A stretch of 64,000 nucleotides of DNA from a virus, in the IMG/VR virus record IMGVR_UViG_3300019458_000024, positions 1-64,000 of that record; one strand, written 5' to 3'. This document shows, one piece after another, positions 9,675 through 18,482 of this stretch; within the stretch, counting starts at the first letter, position 1, and each line of letters starts with the position of its first letter. A program made the position numbers and the translations under genes. Under the pieces are notes generated by a model. That model did no database searches. It was not told the origin of the DNA and saw nothing but the letters and a program-made list of their open reading frames with translations.

Positions 9675-10047
9675 GTTACCAAAAGGGGATAGAAGGGGTT
9701 CCGGTAGTTCTGAGGTCATGTGCTATGACCTTGAAAACTTTACACTTCTATTGCAAATGGACTCCGATTTGACAATATGTCACGCGGAAGTCACTATTAG
9801 AACACACTTAGCAGATGACCTAAAACTTCAGGTTAAAACACTTAAAGAACTGGTAGCTGTTACAGAAGACAATAACACTATTCTGAAGACCGAGAATACC
9901 AGGCTATTCGAACTATGGAAGGAAGAGAATAAACGGCGCCACGAGGCGGAGAATGCGCCTAAATGGGGTTCTTGGATGGGTTGGATAGTGGCAGGGGTAG
10001 CGACTGCTGTAGCTGGTGGGGCAATTACATACGCAGTGGTGAAATGA
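9601..10047 (+). CDS. Secreted coiled-coil protein with C-terminal TM (spanin-partner-like)
   Basis: Signal-like MISRLSILGVMLIAFCLNAKTAKA; coiled coil; C-terminal WIVAGVATAVAGGAITYAVV; overlaps the 3' end of the previous gene. Confidence 0.4.
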   Translation: MISRLSILGVMLIAFCLNAKTAKAELPKGDRRGSGSSEVMCYDLENFTLLLQMDSDLTICHAEVTIRTHLADDLKLQVKTLKELVAVTEDNNTILKTENTRLFELWKEENKRRHEAENAPKWGSWMGWIVAGVATAVAGGAITYAVVK

Positions 10048-10460
10048 ATGAAGGTAACGAACCTTGTCTGGTCCTTAAAGTAACTGGACAAAAATCAGGT
10101 AAAGTCGCGCTTTTTATGAAGTTAGACGCACTTTTTCCCGAGTGCTCCTACCTCATAAAAGGCGCAGATCAGCTGTATCCACTCTTTTGTCTTAAAAATA
10201 ACGTATGTCCTAGAAACGCTAACTGTATGGAAAGATTAGCAAAAAGAACAAAATACGTGTTTGACACGTTTCCAGACGCGGATCTACTACTACTATACTT
10301 CAGGTATGCAGATATGCCCAACTCTCACAGAGCTGGAGTGTTTTGGAGAGATATGAGAGAGCCCAGATACGTGACTTTTAATAGAGCAGTATGGGAAAAG
10401 ATGAAGAAAGTAGGAATTGTATATGAATGGGTCCTGCCTGATAACCTATTCTTATCTTGA
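10044..10460 (+). CDS. Hypothetical protein
   Basis: ATGA-coupled start MNEGNEP. Confidence 0.45.
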   Translation: MNEGNEPCLVLKVTGQKSGKVALFMKLDALFPECSYLIKGADQLYPLFCLKNNVCPRNANCMERLAKRTKYVFDTFPDADLLLLYFRYADMPNSHRAGVFWRDMREPRYVTFNRAVWEKMKKVGIVYEWVLPDNLFLS

Positions 10461-10486
10461 CGCGTAAACAGCCATTATTTTATAAT
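10457..10486 (+). promoter_or_regulatory. Sigma70-like promoter
   Basis: TTGACG-N18-TATAAT, 13 nt before ATG 10500. Confidence 0.6.
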
Positions 10487-10499
10487 AGAAAGCAACCAT

Positions 10500-11000
10500 A
10501 TGTCGGTAGATCTGCAAAAAATTTCTGCGGTGTGCAATGCTCTAAAGAACGGAGATTTGGACTATACGAAGGGCACCGTCTATTGCTTGGAGCGTTGCGC
10601 TTTGAAAAAATCGTGGAGCAAACAACCAAGTTATTGGATTGATTTATTGTTTTGTTCTGAGACTGGGTATTATCAAGTATTCAAATACTGGAGTTGGATT
10701 GGAAAAGACAAGCTAGTTAAAGAAGGCAGAGTACCGCATAAAGGTTCTACAAAAGACAACCACACAGCGGTTTGTAATTATTTTTGTGCAATTGAGGCTA
10801 AAATGATCAGCGGTGGTTGGGGTGTTAGTGAGCGGCAACACTCTGCGGCAACGCCAGTACGCGATTTTGATAAGAAAATCGCTAGCATCAAAAATAATAT
10901 ACCTGCAATCAGCACTCCAATCATTGAAGTGAAACCTGTACAAGATAAAAAAGAACCTAAAAAGCTACTTTCCAGAAAACCGGTGAAAGATTGGTTTTAG
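10500..11000 (+). CDS. WGR-domain-like protein
   Basis: YWIDL...YQVFKYWSWIGKD...AKMISGGW resembles the WGR nucleic-acid-binding pattern, with WGR replaced by WSW. Confidence 0.35.
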   Translation: MSVDLQKISAVCNALKNGDLDYTKGTVYCLERCALKKSWSKQPSYWIDLLFCSETGYYQVFKYWSWIGKDKLVKEGRVPHKGSTKDNHTAVCNYFCAIEAKMISGGWGVSERQHSAATPVRDFDKKIASIKNNIPAISTPIIEVKPVQDKKEPKKLLSRKPVKDWF

Positions 11001-12406
11001 CTTCGTCATGTACTATTTTAGTTGGTGAAGTTAACTCCGTAATATCCGGTACTTTTCCAATAGATGCTGTAAGAGAAATAACCTCATACAGAGTTGAAGG
11101 ATATCAATTCACACCAAGATTTCGAGACGGCCACTGGGATGGAAGGAAACACTTATTCAACAAGAGATTAAGTGCCTTTCCTACTGGGTTGCTCGACGAT
11201 GTTATTGACTATATTAAAACAGCATATCCTACAATTGACCTAGAAGTTAAGTGGGCGGGAAAGCCTATTCCAGAACCTAAAAACTTGGGTTTCGATCTTC
11301 AAAGTATTGAATTTGGTAAAGGCAAGTATGATTATCAATTAGGTGCTGCTATTGCGATGATAGAAAAACGTAGGGGTATCATAAAGATAGCTACCAACGG
11401 TGGTAAAAGTGAAATAGCATGTGCAGTTACAAAACATATAGGACATCCAACACTGTTTTTAGTGGAAAGAAAGGAACTATTATACCAAACGAGGAGACGC
11501 TTCTCAGAAAGACTCGGCATTGCAGAAGCTGAAATTGGTATTGTAGGAGATGGAAACTGCGTGGTGAAAGATATAACCATTGCCTCCCCACAAAGCTACT
11601 TAAACAGGCTGGAAGAGGGAAAAGTTCCTACAGACTGGACTGTGTTGTTCGGCGATGAATGTCAACACTTGCCTGGGGATACTTACTATTCGGTAGTGTC
11701 ACAAATAACTGCCCCTTATAGGTATGCATTATCTGGAACACCGCTGAACCGTGCTGATGGAGCAGACCTGAAACTTATAGCACAAACCGGTCCAGTGATT
11801 TTTGAGGTCAGAAACAAGTTGTTGGTAGAACGTGGCATTTCTGTAATGCCGAGCGTGGAGATGCTTCCTATTAAAGAACCCAGTATTCTTAAAAAAATGA
11901 GCTACGCTCAAGTGGAAAAACTGGGGATTCGAGAAAATAAGCAATTAAATGACTTAGTAGTTGACAATGCAATTAAACACGCTAAAAACAAAAAACAAGT
12001 TCTAATACTAGTGGACAAAACCAGTCATGGAGAGACTATAAAAAAATTATTGGACGGTAAAAAAACATCTCCTATGTTTCTCTTTATCCACGGCAAAGAA
12101 AATACTGAAACCAGACTTCAAGCACTGGAAGACTATAAAAGCGGTAAAATTAGAATTTTGATCGCCACTCCGATATTGGACGAAGGCATTAACTTGCCGT
12201 GCATTGATGTACTCATCCTAGCGGCCGGAGGAAAGAGTAAAATTAAACTACTGCAACGTGTTGGAAGAGGTCTCCGATCTGGAAAAGGTAAAGAAAATCT
12301 TCTGGTTATAGATTTTGCGAACTTTACACACAAATACCTACTGAAACACTCCTTGACACGTCTACAGACGTATGAAGATGAAGATTGTTTTGTAATATCA
12401 GGTTAG
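10991..12406 (+). CDS. Superfamily 2 DNA helicase (UvsW-like)
   Basis: Motifs ATNGGKS, DECQH, SGT, ILDEGIN, QRVGRGLR. Confidence 0.85.
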   Translation: MVLASSCTILVGEVNSVISGTFPIDAVREITSYRVEGYQFTPRFRDGHWDGRKHLFNKRLSAFPTGLLDDVIDYIKTAYPTIDLEVKWAGKPIPEPKNLGFDLQSIEFGKGKYDYQLGAAIAMIEKRRGIIKIATNGGKSEIACAVTKHIGHPTLFLVERKELLYQTRRRFSERLGIAEAEIGIVGDGNCVVKDITIASPQSYLNRLEEGKVPTDWTVLFGDECQHLPGDTYYSVVSQITAPYRYALSGTPLNRADGADLKLIAQTGPVIFEVRNKLLVERGISVMPSVEMLPIKEPSILKKMSYAQVEKLGIRENKQLNDLVVDNAIKHAKNKKQVLILVDKTSHGETIKKLLDGKKTSPMFLFIHGKENTETRLQALEDYKSGKIRILIATPILDEGINLPCIDVLILAAGGKSKIKLLQRVGRGLRSGKGKENLLVIDFANFTHKYLLKHSLTRLQTYEDEDCFVISG

Positions 12407-12524
12407 TAGAGCATATCCTGCAAGTGGCGTATAATAAATCAACGAAAGTAATTTGTTGATTGCAGAATCCAATTTTTTAGACTGTAATATACTGAACTAC
12501 TTGTCATAGGATTCCCCACTACCG

Positions 12525-13178
12525 ATGGCCAAAAAACAAAACGATATTTTTTATAATTTTAAAGGGCTTATCCCAGATGAGTTGTTGCTTGCACTAAAGG
12601 GAGAAGTTCGAAGAAAGGATGAAATTGTACATTCTATTGAATATGAGACTTCAATTGAACGACTAAGTGATTTAGATTTCACGACAGACGATATTGGAAC
12701 AGTTGTAAAACAAAAAAGTCCTTTAAGTTGGTGGCTTTTAACGTCTGTCTCCCCTCCTGTGTGGGTAGAGTTGACTGCGACCGGTGGACCTACAGGTCCA
12801 GCAGTAAATACTGTATTTGTATGGGGTAATCAAACTGTAGGAGCTTCTGCTACTACTAGATTTTTGATTCCTGGTTGGGGAGATGTAGTAGCACCAACAT
12901 CTGCAATCCAATTTCGATCTCCTACAGCAGGTACTATAAAAAACTTATACATACGACATAATACACCAGGTGTAGGAAGTACGATTACCTATACAGTTAG
13001 AATAAACAATGTAGCTACTTCACTCTCTGTAGGTCTGGCTGCTTCAGGCACTGATGCTAATAATACTGCTAATTCAGCGGCCGTATCTGTTGGAGATCTT
13101 ATAGATATTCAAATAACAAAAGCAGCTATCACTACCTCACCACAAAATGTTACAGCTGCTGTCCAGGTAGAGCAATGA
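12525..13178 (+). CDS. Virion structural protein
   Basis: C-terminal YTVRINNV..VSVGDLIDIQI resembles the ITVNIKV..VVPGDNVSVEI domain of the fibre genes. Confidence 0.5.
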   Translation: MAKKQNDIFYNFKGLIPDELLLALKGEVRRKDEIVHSIEYETSIERLSDLDFTTDDIGTVVKQKSPLSWWLLTSVSPPVWVELTATGGPTGPAVNTVFVWGNQTVGASATTRFLIPGWGDVVAPTSAIQFRSPTAGTIKNLYIRHNTPGVGSTITYTVRINNVATSLSVGLAASGTDANNTANSAAVSVGDLIDIQITKAAITTSPQNVTAAVQVEQ

Positions 13179-16100
13179 GCGTTTTCCGTTACAGATTGAC
13201 CGGTCCTAAAGCCGAAGATATTGACGATTTTCTTACGTCTACACCTACCGTAGCCGATCCTGCTCCTCCAATTTTTGTTGATGTTACTTATTCAGGATTG
13301 CAATCAGATCTTGATGATGTGATGAGGGGGCTCGGATATACATATGATTCTACAGATCCGACGACGCCTCCAATAGAAGACTCTGGCGTTGAGTTGGTTG
13401 TAAATAAAGGTGCACCTGATGGTTACGCACCACTAGACAGCACAAGTAAAGTTCCTGCGGTGTATTTACCTTCTTACGTAGATGACGTGTTGGAGTACGC
13501 AGATTTCTCATCGTTTCCAGGAACAGGAGAAACAGGAAAGATTTATATAGCTATAGATACCGGAGACATTTACCGATGGTCCGGATCTGTTTATGTCAAT
13601 ATTTCCAGTGATTCAGGAATAACCCAACTTACGGGTGATGTTACTGCGGGCCCTGGAAGTGGCTCTCAAACAGCTACAATTGCCAATAACGCTGTCACAA
13701 ATGCAAAGGCCGCAGATATGGCGGCAAACACTGTAAAAGTTAATGATACGGCAGGCACAGGAGACCCAGTTGACCTTCCAATGGGGTCCAGTACTATACT
13801 CTCTCGTCTGGCTGCTGGAAACATTGTTGCGGCCACTCCTTCACAAATCAATTCGTTGTTAGGCACAGGAGCGCTAACTAGCACTGCTCCAGCAGATGTT
13901 ACTAAAGCGTCCGCTGCAGTGGGAGTTTCTACAGAATCTGCACGATCAGATCACAAACATGATGTTTCTACCGCTGCGGCGATAGATCTTACCGATGCTA
14001 CCAATGCGGAGGGCACGGCTACTAGTCTGGCTAGAAGTGATCATACACACGCGCACGGGTCCAGAGGAGGTGGCACACTCCACGCAGACGCCACTACATC
14101 AGTGTCTGGATTCATGTCGGCCGCTGATAAAACTAAACTAGATGGGGTGGCTTCAGGAGCTGCTGCATTAACTAGCACTGCGCCAGTAAATGTAACAAAA
14201 GCAGCAGCAGCAGTGGGCGTAGGAACCACCGCAGCCAGGCATGATCATAAACACGACATAGATACGGCTGCTCCTGCGGACATAGGAACAGCTAATGCTG
14301 AAGGAGCGTCTACATCTCTCGCTAGGGCAGATCATGTTCACAATCTACCTTTTACCCCAGTACAAACTGCACTAGCAGCAGCTACCGGTTCTATATCAGT
14401 TAACAACAATTTCATTACTGATGTTCTTGATCCGGTTAATCCTCAAGACGCAGCTACTAAGACTTACGTAGACGGCTCTTACGGAGTTGCTAACTGGTCT
14501 GGTATTCGTTACTTTGCAGTGGACTATGATTTCGGCAGTGATTCCAATCTTGGATACTCAGATGTATCTATGGCCGCCGCAGGGGCTGTTGCTATTAAAA
14601 CTCTAGAACACCTAAAATTCATCTTTCCAGTAGCGGGCGGTGGAAATACAGCTGTAATTGCAATCGCGGCCAGAGCTGGCGGTGCAATGTATCGCAATAT
14701 AGCAAACACTGCTGATGACGAATTAAGACTTCTTGGCATACATGGGTATGCGTATGTTCTAGTGCGAGGAACTGGAACTGTTGCTACCGCTGGTGCCGTA
14801 AAATTTGCTAATGACACAGCTGATAAGATTGCCTGCGGATCTCAGATTTTTGCAGGTACAAATGCAGGTGGGTACAACCCTGCGGGTACCATTTCGGCAG
14901 CTACTTTTGACTGCACTTTAGCAGGAGGAGGAGCGCCGGGATTAGCTGCGGAGCCGACTCTTATAGGCAAGCGTATACGATTCGATTCAACCACCACAAC
15001 CGTAGCTCTTAGAAATATCTGCAGAATGATTCATGCAAATGATACAGACACTATCACAGTAGATAATAATCTACCTGCAACACCAGTTAGAACTGATGTA
15101 TTTTATATCGAAGAACCGTCTGTTTCAGTTGACCGTATTCAAGTACACGGTTTTAGTGGGTCTACTCAAGCACTGCTTCCTTCTTTTGCAGCAAGTGGAT
15201 TAAATATTGCAGGCATTAGAATGCCAAACACTACCGCAGGATTTGTCCCCTTTGCAGCTCGATCAATTCAGGCCGGATTTCGTGTATCTTTTTGTGATTC
15301 TTATTCGCCGGGTTTCACTAATTGTACCTGGGGAAATATTTCTGCTGTTACAGTAAACAATGCATACATAGACGAAACATTTGCGACAATTACTACTGGA
15401 GTTGGGTATGCTTGTAATGGTTGGGGCGGAACTATATCTGGAGTAGGATCATTAGTTTTAAGCTCTTCTGCAAATCGTCTTGGACGTTGGCAAATTTTAG
15501 GAGTTGGTCCTGGGGCCTTTGGTGTAGGCAGCGCAGGAGGGTGCTATTTTGGAAACGGACTTTTGTTTCAAAATTGCAAATCTTCTGGAGGTACACAGAA
15601 TACAACTGGTGGAAATCTTTTAGGAAGTAACGCATCCGCAACTGTCAGGAGGACTAGACTATTGGTTGGTTTTGCTGGCTCTGTACTTTCAATGCAACAC
15701 ACTCCAATAATGATTCGTGGAGTAGATATACAAAGCGCTGGCGCTTTGTCACTGATGAGCATAACCGGTCTTGGAATAGATGCAGTTATTAATGACGTAG
15801 TTGGATCTACTGGAAATACTGGTAACGGACTAGATTTAACTCTTACGCGCAACAGCAACATACTTCTTGGGCAGCTTAATGCAAATACTTTTACAGGAGC
15901 TGCTGGGCAGGATATTGCGTGTTCAAGTGGAATTTTTTATGTCCACGCAGACTATGCTAGGACGGACTTAGTAGATTCTTTTAATAATCTAGTGCAAGGC
16001 ACTGCAGGAACACAATTAGGCACTGCTTCACTAGCGATCAACGATGCAACTGCTAATATAGGACAATACCAAATATGTAGGGCTACCGCCATAGGAGTAG

Positions 16101-16426
16101 TAAGAGCAGCACGAGCAGATACCGCAGCGAACGCTGCTGGAGTGGTTGGAGTTTCTCAATCAGCGTTTACTACAGGCGGAGCAACAAATAAAGCGATGTT
16201 AGCTTTTTCTGGCGGTTCTTGGGTGCAATTTGATGCCGCACCGACCGCTGGAAGCATTGCATATCTATCAACCGCTACGGCTGGAAACGCACAAGTAGCA
16301 GTACCTACATTTTCTTTTACCAATCAAAAACTTCGTCTTGGACGGGTCTTGGCTGTTTCCGGTACACTTGGTTATGTAAACTTTGAACCTGATAATCTGC
16401 CAGTTACCGCAGATGGTGCAGCGTAA
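13175..16426 (+). CDS. Long tail fibre protein (1083 aa)
   Basis: GYAPLDSTSKVP, GFMSAADKTKLDG and DAATKTYVD fibre motifs; repeated ARxDHxH; Ala/Gly/Thr-rich. Confidence 0.8.
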   Translation: MSVFRYRLTGPKAEDIDDFLTSTPTVADPAPPIFVDVTYSGLQSDLDDVMRGLGYTYDSTDPTTPPIEDSGVELVVNKGAPDGYAPLDSTSKVPAVYLPSYVDDVLEYADFSSFPGTGETGKIYIAIDTGDIYRWSGSVYVNISSDSGITQLTGDVTAGPGSGSQTATIANNAVTNAKAADMAANTVKVNDTAGTGDPVDLPMGSSTILSRLAAGNIVAATPSQINSLLGTGALTSTAPADVTKASAAVGVSTESARSDHKHDVSTAAAIDLTDATNAEGTATSLARSDHTHAHGSRGGGTLHADATTSVSGFMSAADKTKLDGVASGAAALTSTAPVNVTKAAAAVGVGTTAARHDHKHDIDTAAPADIGTANAEGASTSLARADHVHNLPFTPVQTALAAATGSISVNNNFITDVLDPVNPQDAATKTYVDGSYGVANWSGIRYFAVDYDFGSDSNLGYSDVSMAAAGAVAIKTLEHLKFIFPVAGGGNTAVIAIAARAGGAMYRNIANTADDELRLLGIHGYAYVLVRGTGTVATAGAVKFANDTADKIACGSQIFAGTNAGGYNPAGTISAATFDCTLAGGGAPGLAAEPTLIGKRIRFDSTTTTVALRNICRMIHANDTDTITVDNNLPATPVRTDVFYIEEPSVSVDRIQVHGFSGSTQALLPSFAASGLNIAGIRMPNTTAGFVPFAARSIQAGFRVSFCDSYSPGFTNCTWGNISAVTVNNAYIDETFATITTGVGYACNGWGGTISGVGSLVLSSSANRLGRWQILGVGPGAFGVGSAGGCYFGNGLLFQNCKSSGGTQNTTGGNLLGSNASATVRRTRLLVGFAGSVLSMQHTPIMIRGVDIQSAGALSLMSITGLGIDAVINDVVGSTGNTGNGLDLTLTRNSNILLGQLNANTFTGAAGQDIACSSGIFYVHADYARTDLVDSFNNLVQGTAGTQLGTASLAINDATANIGQYQICRATAIGVVRAARADTAANAAGVVGVSQSAFTTGGATNKAMLAFSGGSWVQFDAAPTAGSIAYLSTATAGNAQVAVPTFSFTNQKLRLGRVLAVSGTLGYVNFEPDNLPVTADGAA

Positions 16427-16443
16427 AATGGAAAGGATAAGTT

Positions 16444-17178
16444 ATGTATAATTGGGTATTTTAGACATATGAAGGAGTTCAATATTACGTTACAAGCAAT
16501 GAAGAACTATATGACGACGCTTGCGAAGATCTTAGAATCTATACTGGACTAGCACCTGAACAATTTGTAGAGTTTAAAGGGCTGTTAAACCCAAACAAAT
16601 CTTATAAAGAACCAGCAAGTGTCTCCCATATAGGAGATGTTTTAAATAGAAGTACCAAAGCACTCATATTAGATGTCGATTTAGCTGATTTTCCAGAGGA
16701 ATTTTGGGTACATAACCCAGACCTTACTGGTTTAGAAAATGTTCCCGACTATTACTGGAAAGTTGAAGATGACACTCTTTCGGAAATGAACCAGAGCGAA
16801 AAGGATGCTGTTGATGCATCAAGATTGGATAATCGTAAAAAAGAAAGATACACAGAAATAGACAGTCGCACTGACGCATTAATTGCACAGGGTTTTATGT
16901 TCGCCGGCAAAAATTTCAGTCTTAGTGCTAATGCTCAAATGAAAATGATGGGCATTAATCAAATACGTGATGATGTAGCTGTTACTTATCCAATAGTTTG
17001 GAATACTAAAAATGATACAGATTCGTACGATATTCCAAACTCAGCAACGGTTCGTGGTTTCTATTTAACCGCAGTGGGCACGTACAGGGCGCACGTAGAC
17101 ACAGGGTCTGCCCTTAAAGCAGCAGTGCGCGCGGCGACCTCTATTGAAGCCGTGGACGCTATAGTTGACAATCGATAG
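16444..17178 (+). CDS. Tail fibre assembly-like protein (DUF4376-like C-terminus) with in-frame TAG at 16462
   Basis: Track ORF 16786..17178 extends stop-free back to 16465. Upstream ATG 16444 has a purine-rich SD-like tract but is followed by TAG at codon 7. Confidence 0.5.
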
Positions 17179-17188
17179 GAGAATATAA

Positions 17189-17386
17189 ATGAGTCCAACT
17201 ACAATATCAGTACTGGTAGGTATTCTATTCCTAGTAATAGTAGGTTTTGATATCTATCTAGCTACTGATTCCATTAAAGGTAATACATACAGTGCAAGAA
17301 TCAGACAGTGGGGCCGGAAATGGAAATGGTTTCCATACGTAATTTCACTGGGGTTTGGAGCACTTACAGGACACTTCTTTCTATGA
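17189..17386 (+). CDS. Small two-TM membrane protein (holin-like)
   Basis: AGGAG SD; 65 aa; two hydrophobic segments separated by a basic loop. Confidence 0.4.
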   Translation: MSPTTISVLVGILFLVIVGFDIYLATDSIKGNTYSARIRQWGRKWKWFPYVISLGFGALTGHFFL

Positions 17387-17463
17387 AAAACAAAATTATA
17401 AAAGGTGCATTTCTAGTCACTGTATTTGTCATTGGAATGATTGGCGGTTCTTTGTGGTGGTAG
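17383..17463 (+). CDS. Tiny single-TM peptide (26 aa)
   Basis: ATGA overlap; MKNKIIKGAFLVTVFVIGMIGGSLWW fills the gap exactly. Confidence 0.35.
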   Translation: MKNKIIKGAFLVTVFVIGMIGGSLWW

Positions 17464-17910
17464 GTGGATTCAATCCACATTACTGAAATAGTGCCAGGCG
17501 ATGTTTTACGCATCGCTATGAAGCCAGGAAGACATTTAGAGCCTGTTTTATCTCCTAGAGGTAGTCAACATAGACTTCTTCCAGGCAGGGCGTCTGCTAA
17601 TGGCAGATCGCTACAGGCAAAAAGCTTCTCACGAACTGTATATCTTGGATATGTAACACAAAACGACACTATAAACGGGGTCTTAGCTCTTCAAATTGAA
17701 AATCGAGGACAACGACGAGAGCATCTAGCAGCCACTGTTCCGTACAAAGACATTAAAATTATTCAGAAATTCATTACCCCAACCAAACACATGGGCGCTA
17801 AAATAGTACCATTAAGTGGTGCTAAAAATGCAATTAGAAGACCTGGTGCAATTGCGAAAGGAGTGTTAGATCCTAAAGGATTCATGAACTTAGTTAGAGT
17901 ATATTTCTGA
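17464..17910 (+). CDS. Hypothetical protein, paralog of the 47822..48547 N-terminus
   Basis: IxIxEIVxGxVxR ... VxxNDxxN ... PY pattern shared. Confidence 0.5.
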   Translation: MDSIHITEIVPGDVLRIAMKPGRHLEPVLSPRGSQHRLLPGRASANGRSLQAKSFSRTVYLGYVTQNDTINGVLALQIENRGQRREHLAATVPYKDIKIIQKFITPTKHMGAKIVPLSGAKNAIRRPGAIAKGVLDPKGFMNLVRVYF

Positions 17911-18368
17911 TGTTTATCACAATGGTAAAAGAAGATCCATGTTGGGTTCAATTACAAGGAGCTTCCAGACAGCTGATTGCGAACATAAAAGCAACAGTCC
18001 GTCCTTCTAATAGAAGGAAATATGACGTTGATTCAAATATGTGGTCTGTGCACTGGCACTGGTTGTCTGTTGTAGCGACATTAGCTAAGAACCTTGGGCA
18101 CACAATAGACTGGAGCGCTTTACCAGAGCGTTGGCAAATGGTAGCTGCAGGGGCTTGTACAGCAGCAGATGCGCAAGTTATGGATCAGGTTTCAAATGAT
18201 CCTTTTGATGTACTATATATAACTACAGACGCACCTCAAGTAGTTATCAAGGCTGCGTACAAAGCTCTTGTCAGTGTTCACCATCCTGATGTTGGAGGAA
18301 ATGTAAAAGATTTCCAAAAAATAGACGACGCCTACAAGAGAATTCTGAAACTTAAAGATAAAGGATAA
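17910..18368 (+). CDS. J-domain (DnaJ-like) protein
   Basis: DPFDVL...IKAAYKALVSVHHPDVGG...FQKIDDAY with intact HPD. Confidence 0.8.
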   Translation: MFITMVKEDPCWVQLQGASRQLIANIKATVRPSNRRKYDVDSNMWSVHWHWLSVVATLAKNLGHTIDWSALPERWQMVAAGACTAADAQVMDQVSNDPFDVLYITTDAPQVVIKAAYKALVSVHHPDVGGNVKDFQKIDDAYKRILKLKDKG

Positions 18369-18386
18369 ATTTTTTACAGTCTTCAT

Positions 18387-18416
18387 TTGACAACTTTTGA
18401 TCATTGATGGTAGTGT
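18387..18416 (+). promoter_or_regulatory. Sigma70-like promoter for the replication block
   Basis: TTGACA-N18-TAGTGT with TG extension; followed by inverted repeat TCGTCTCA/TGAGACGA and GAGGAG SD. Confidence 0.5.
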
Positions 18417-18482
18417 AAAACTTCGTCTCATAAAGATTTTAGGTAAGTCTTAGATTTCTGAGACGATTGAGGAGTACTGCGC

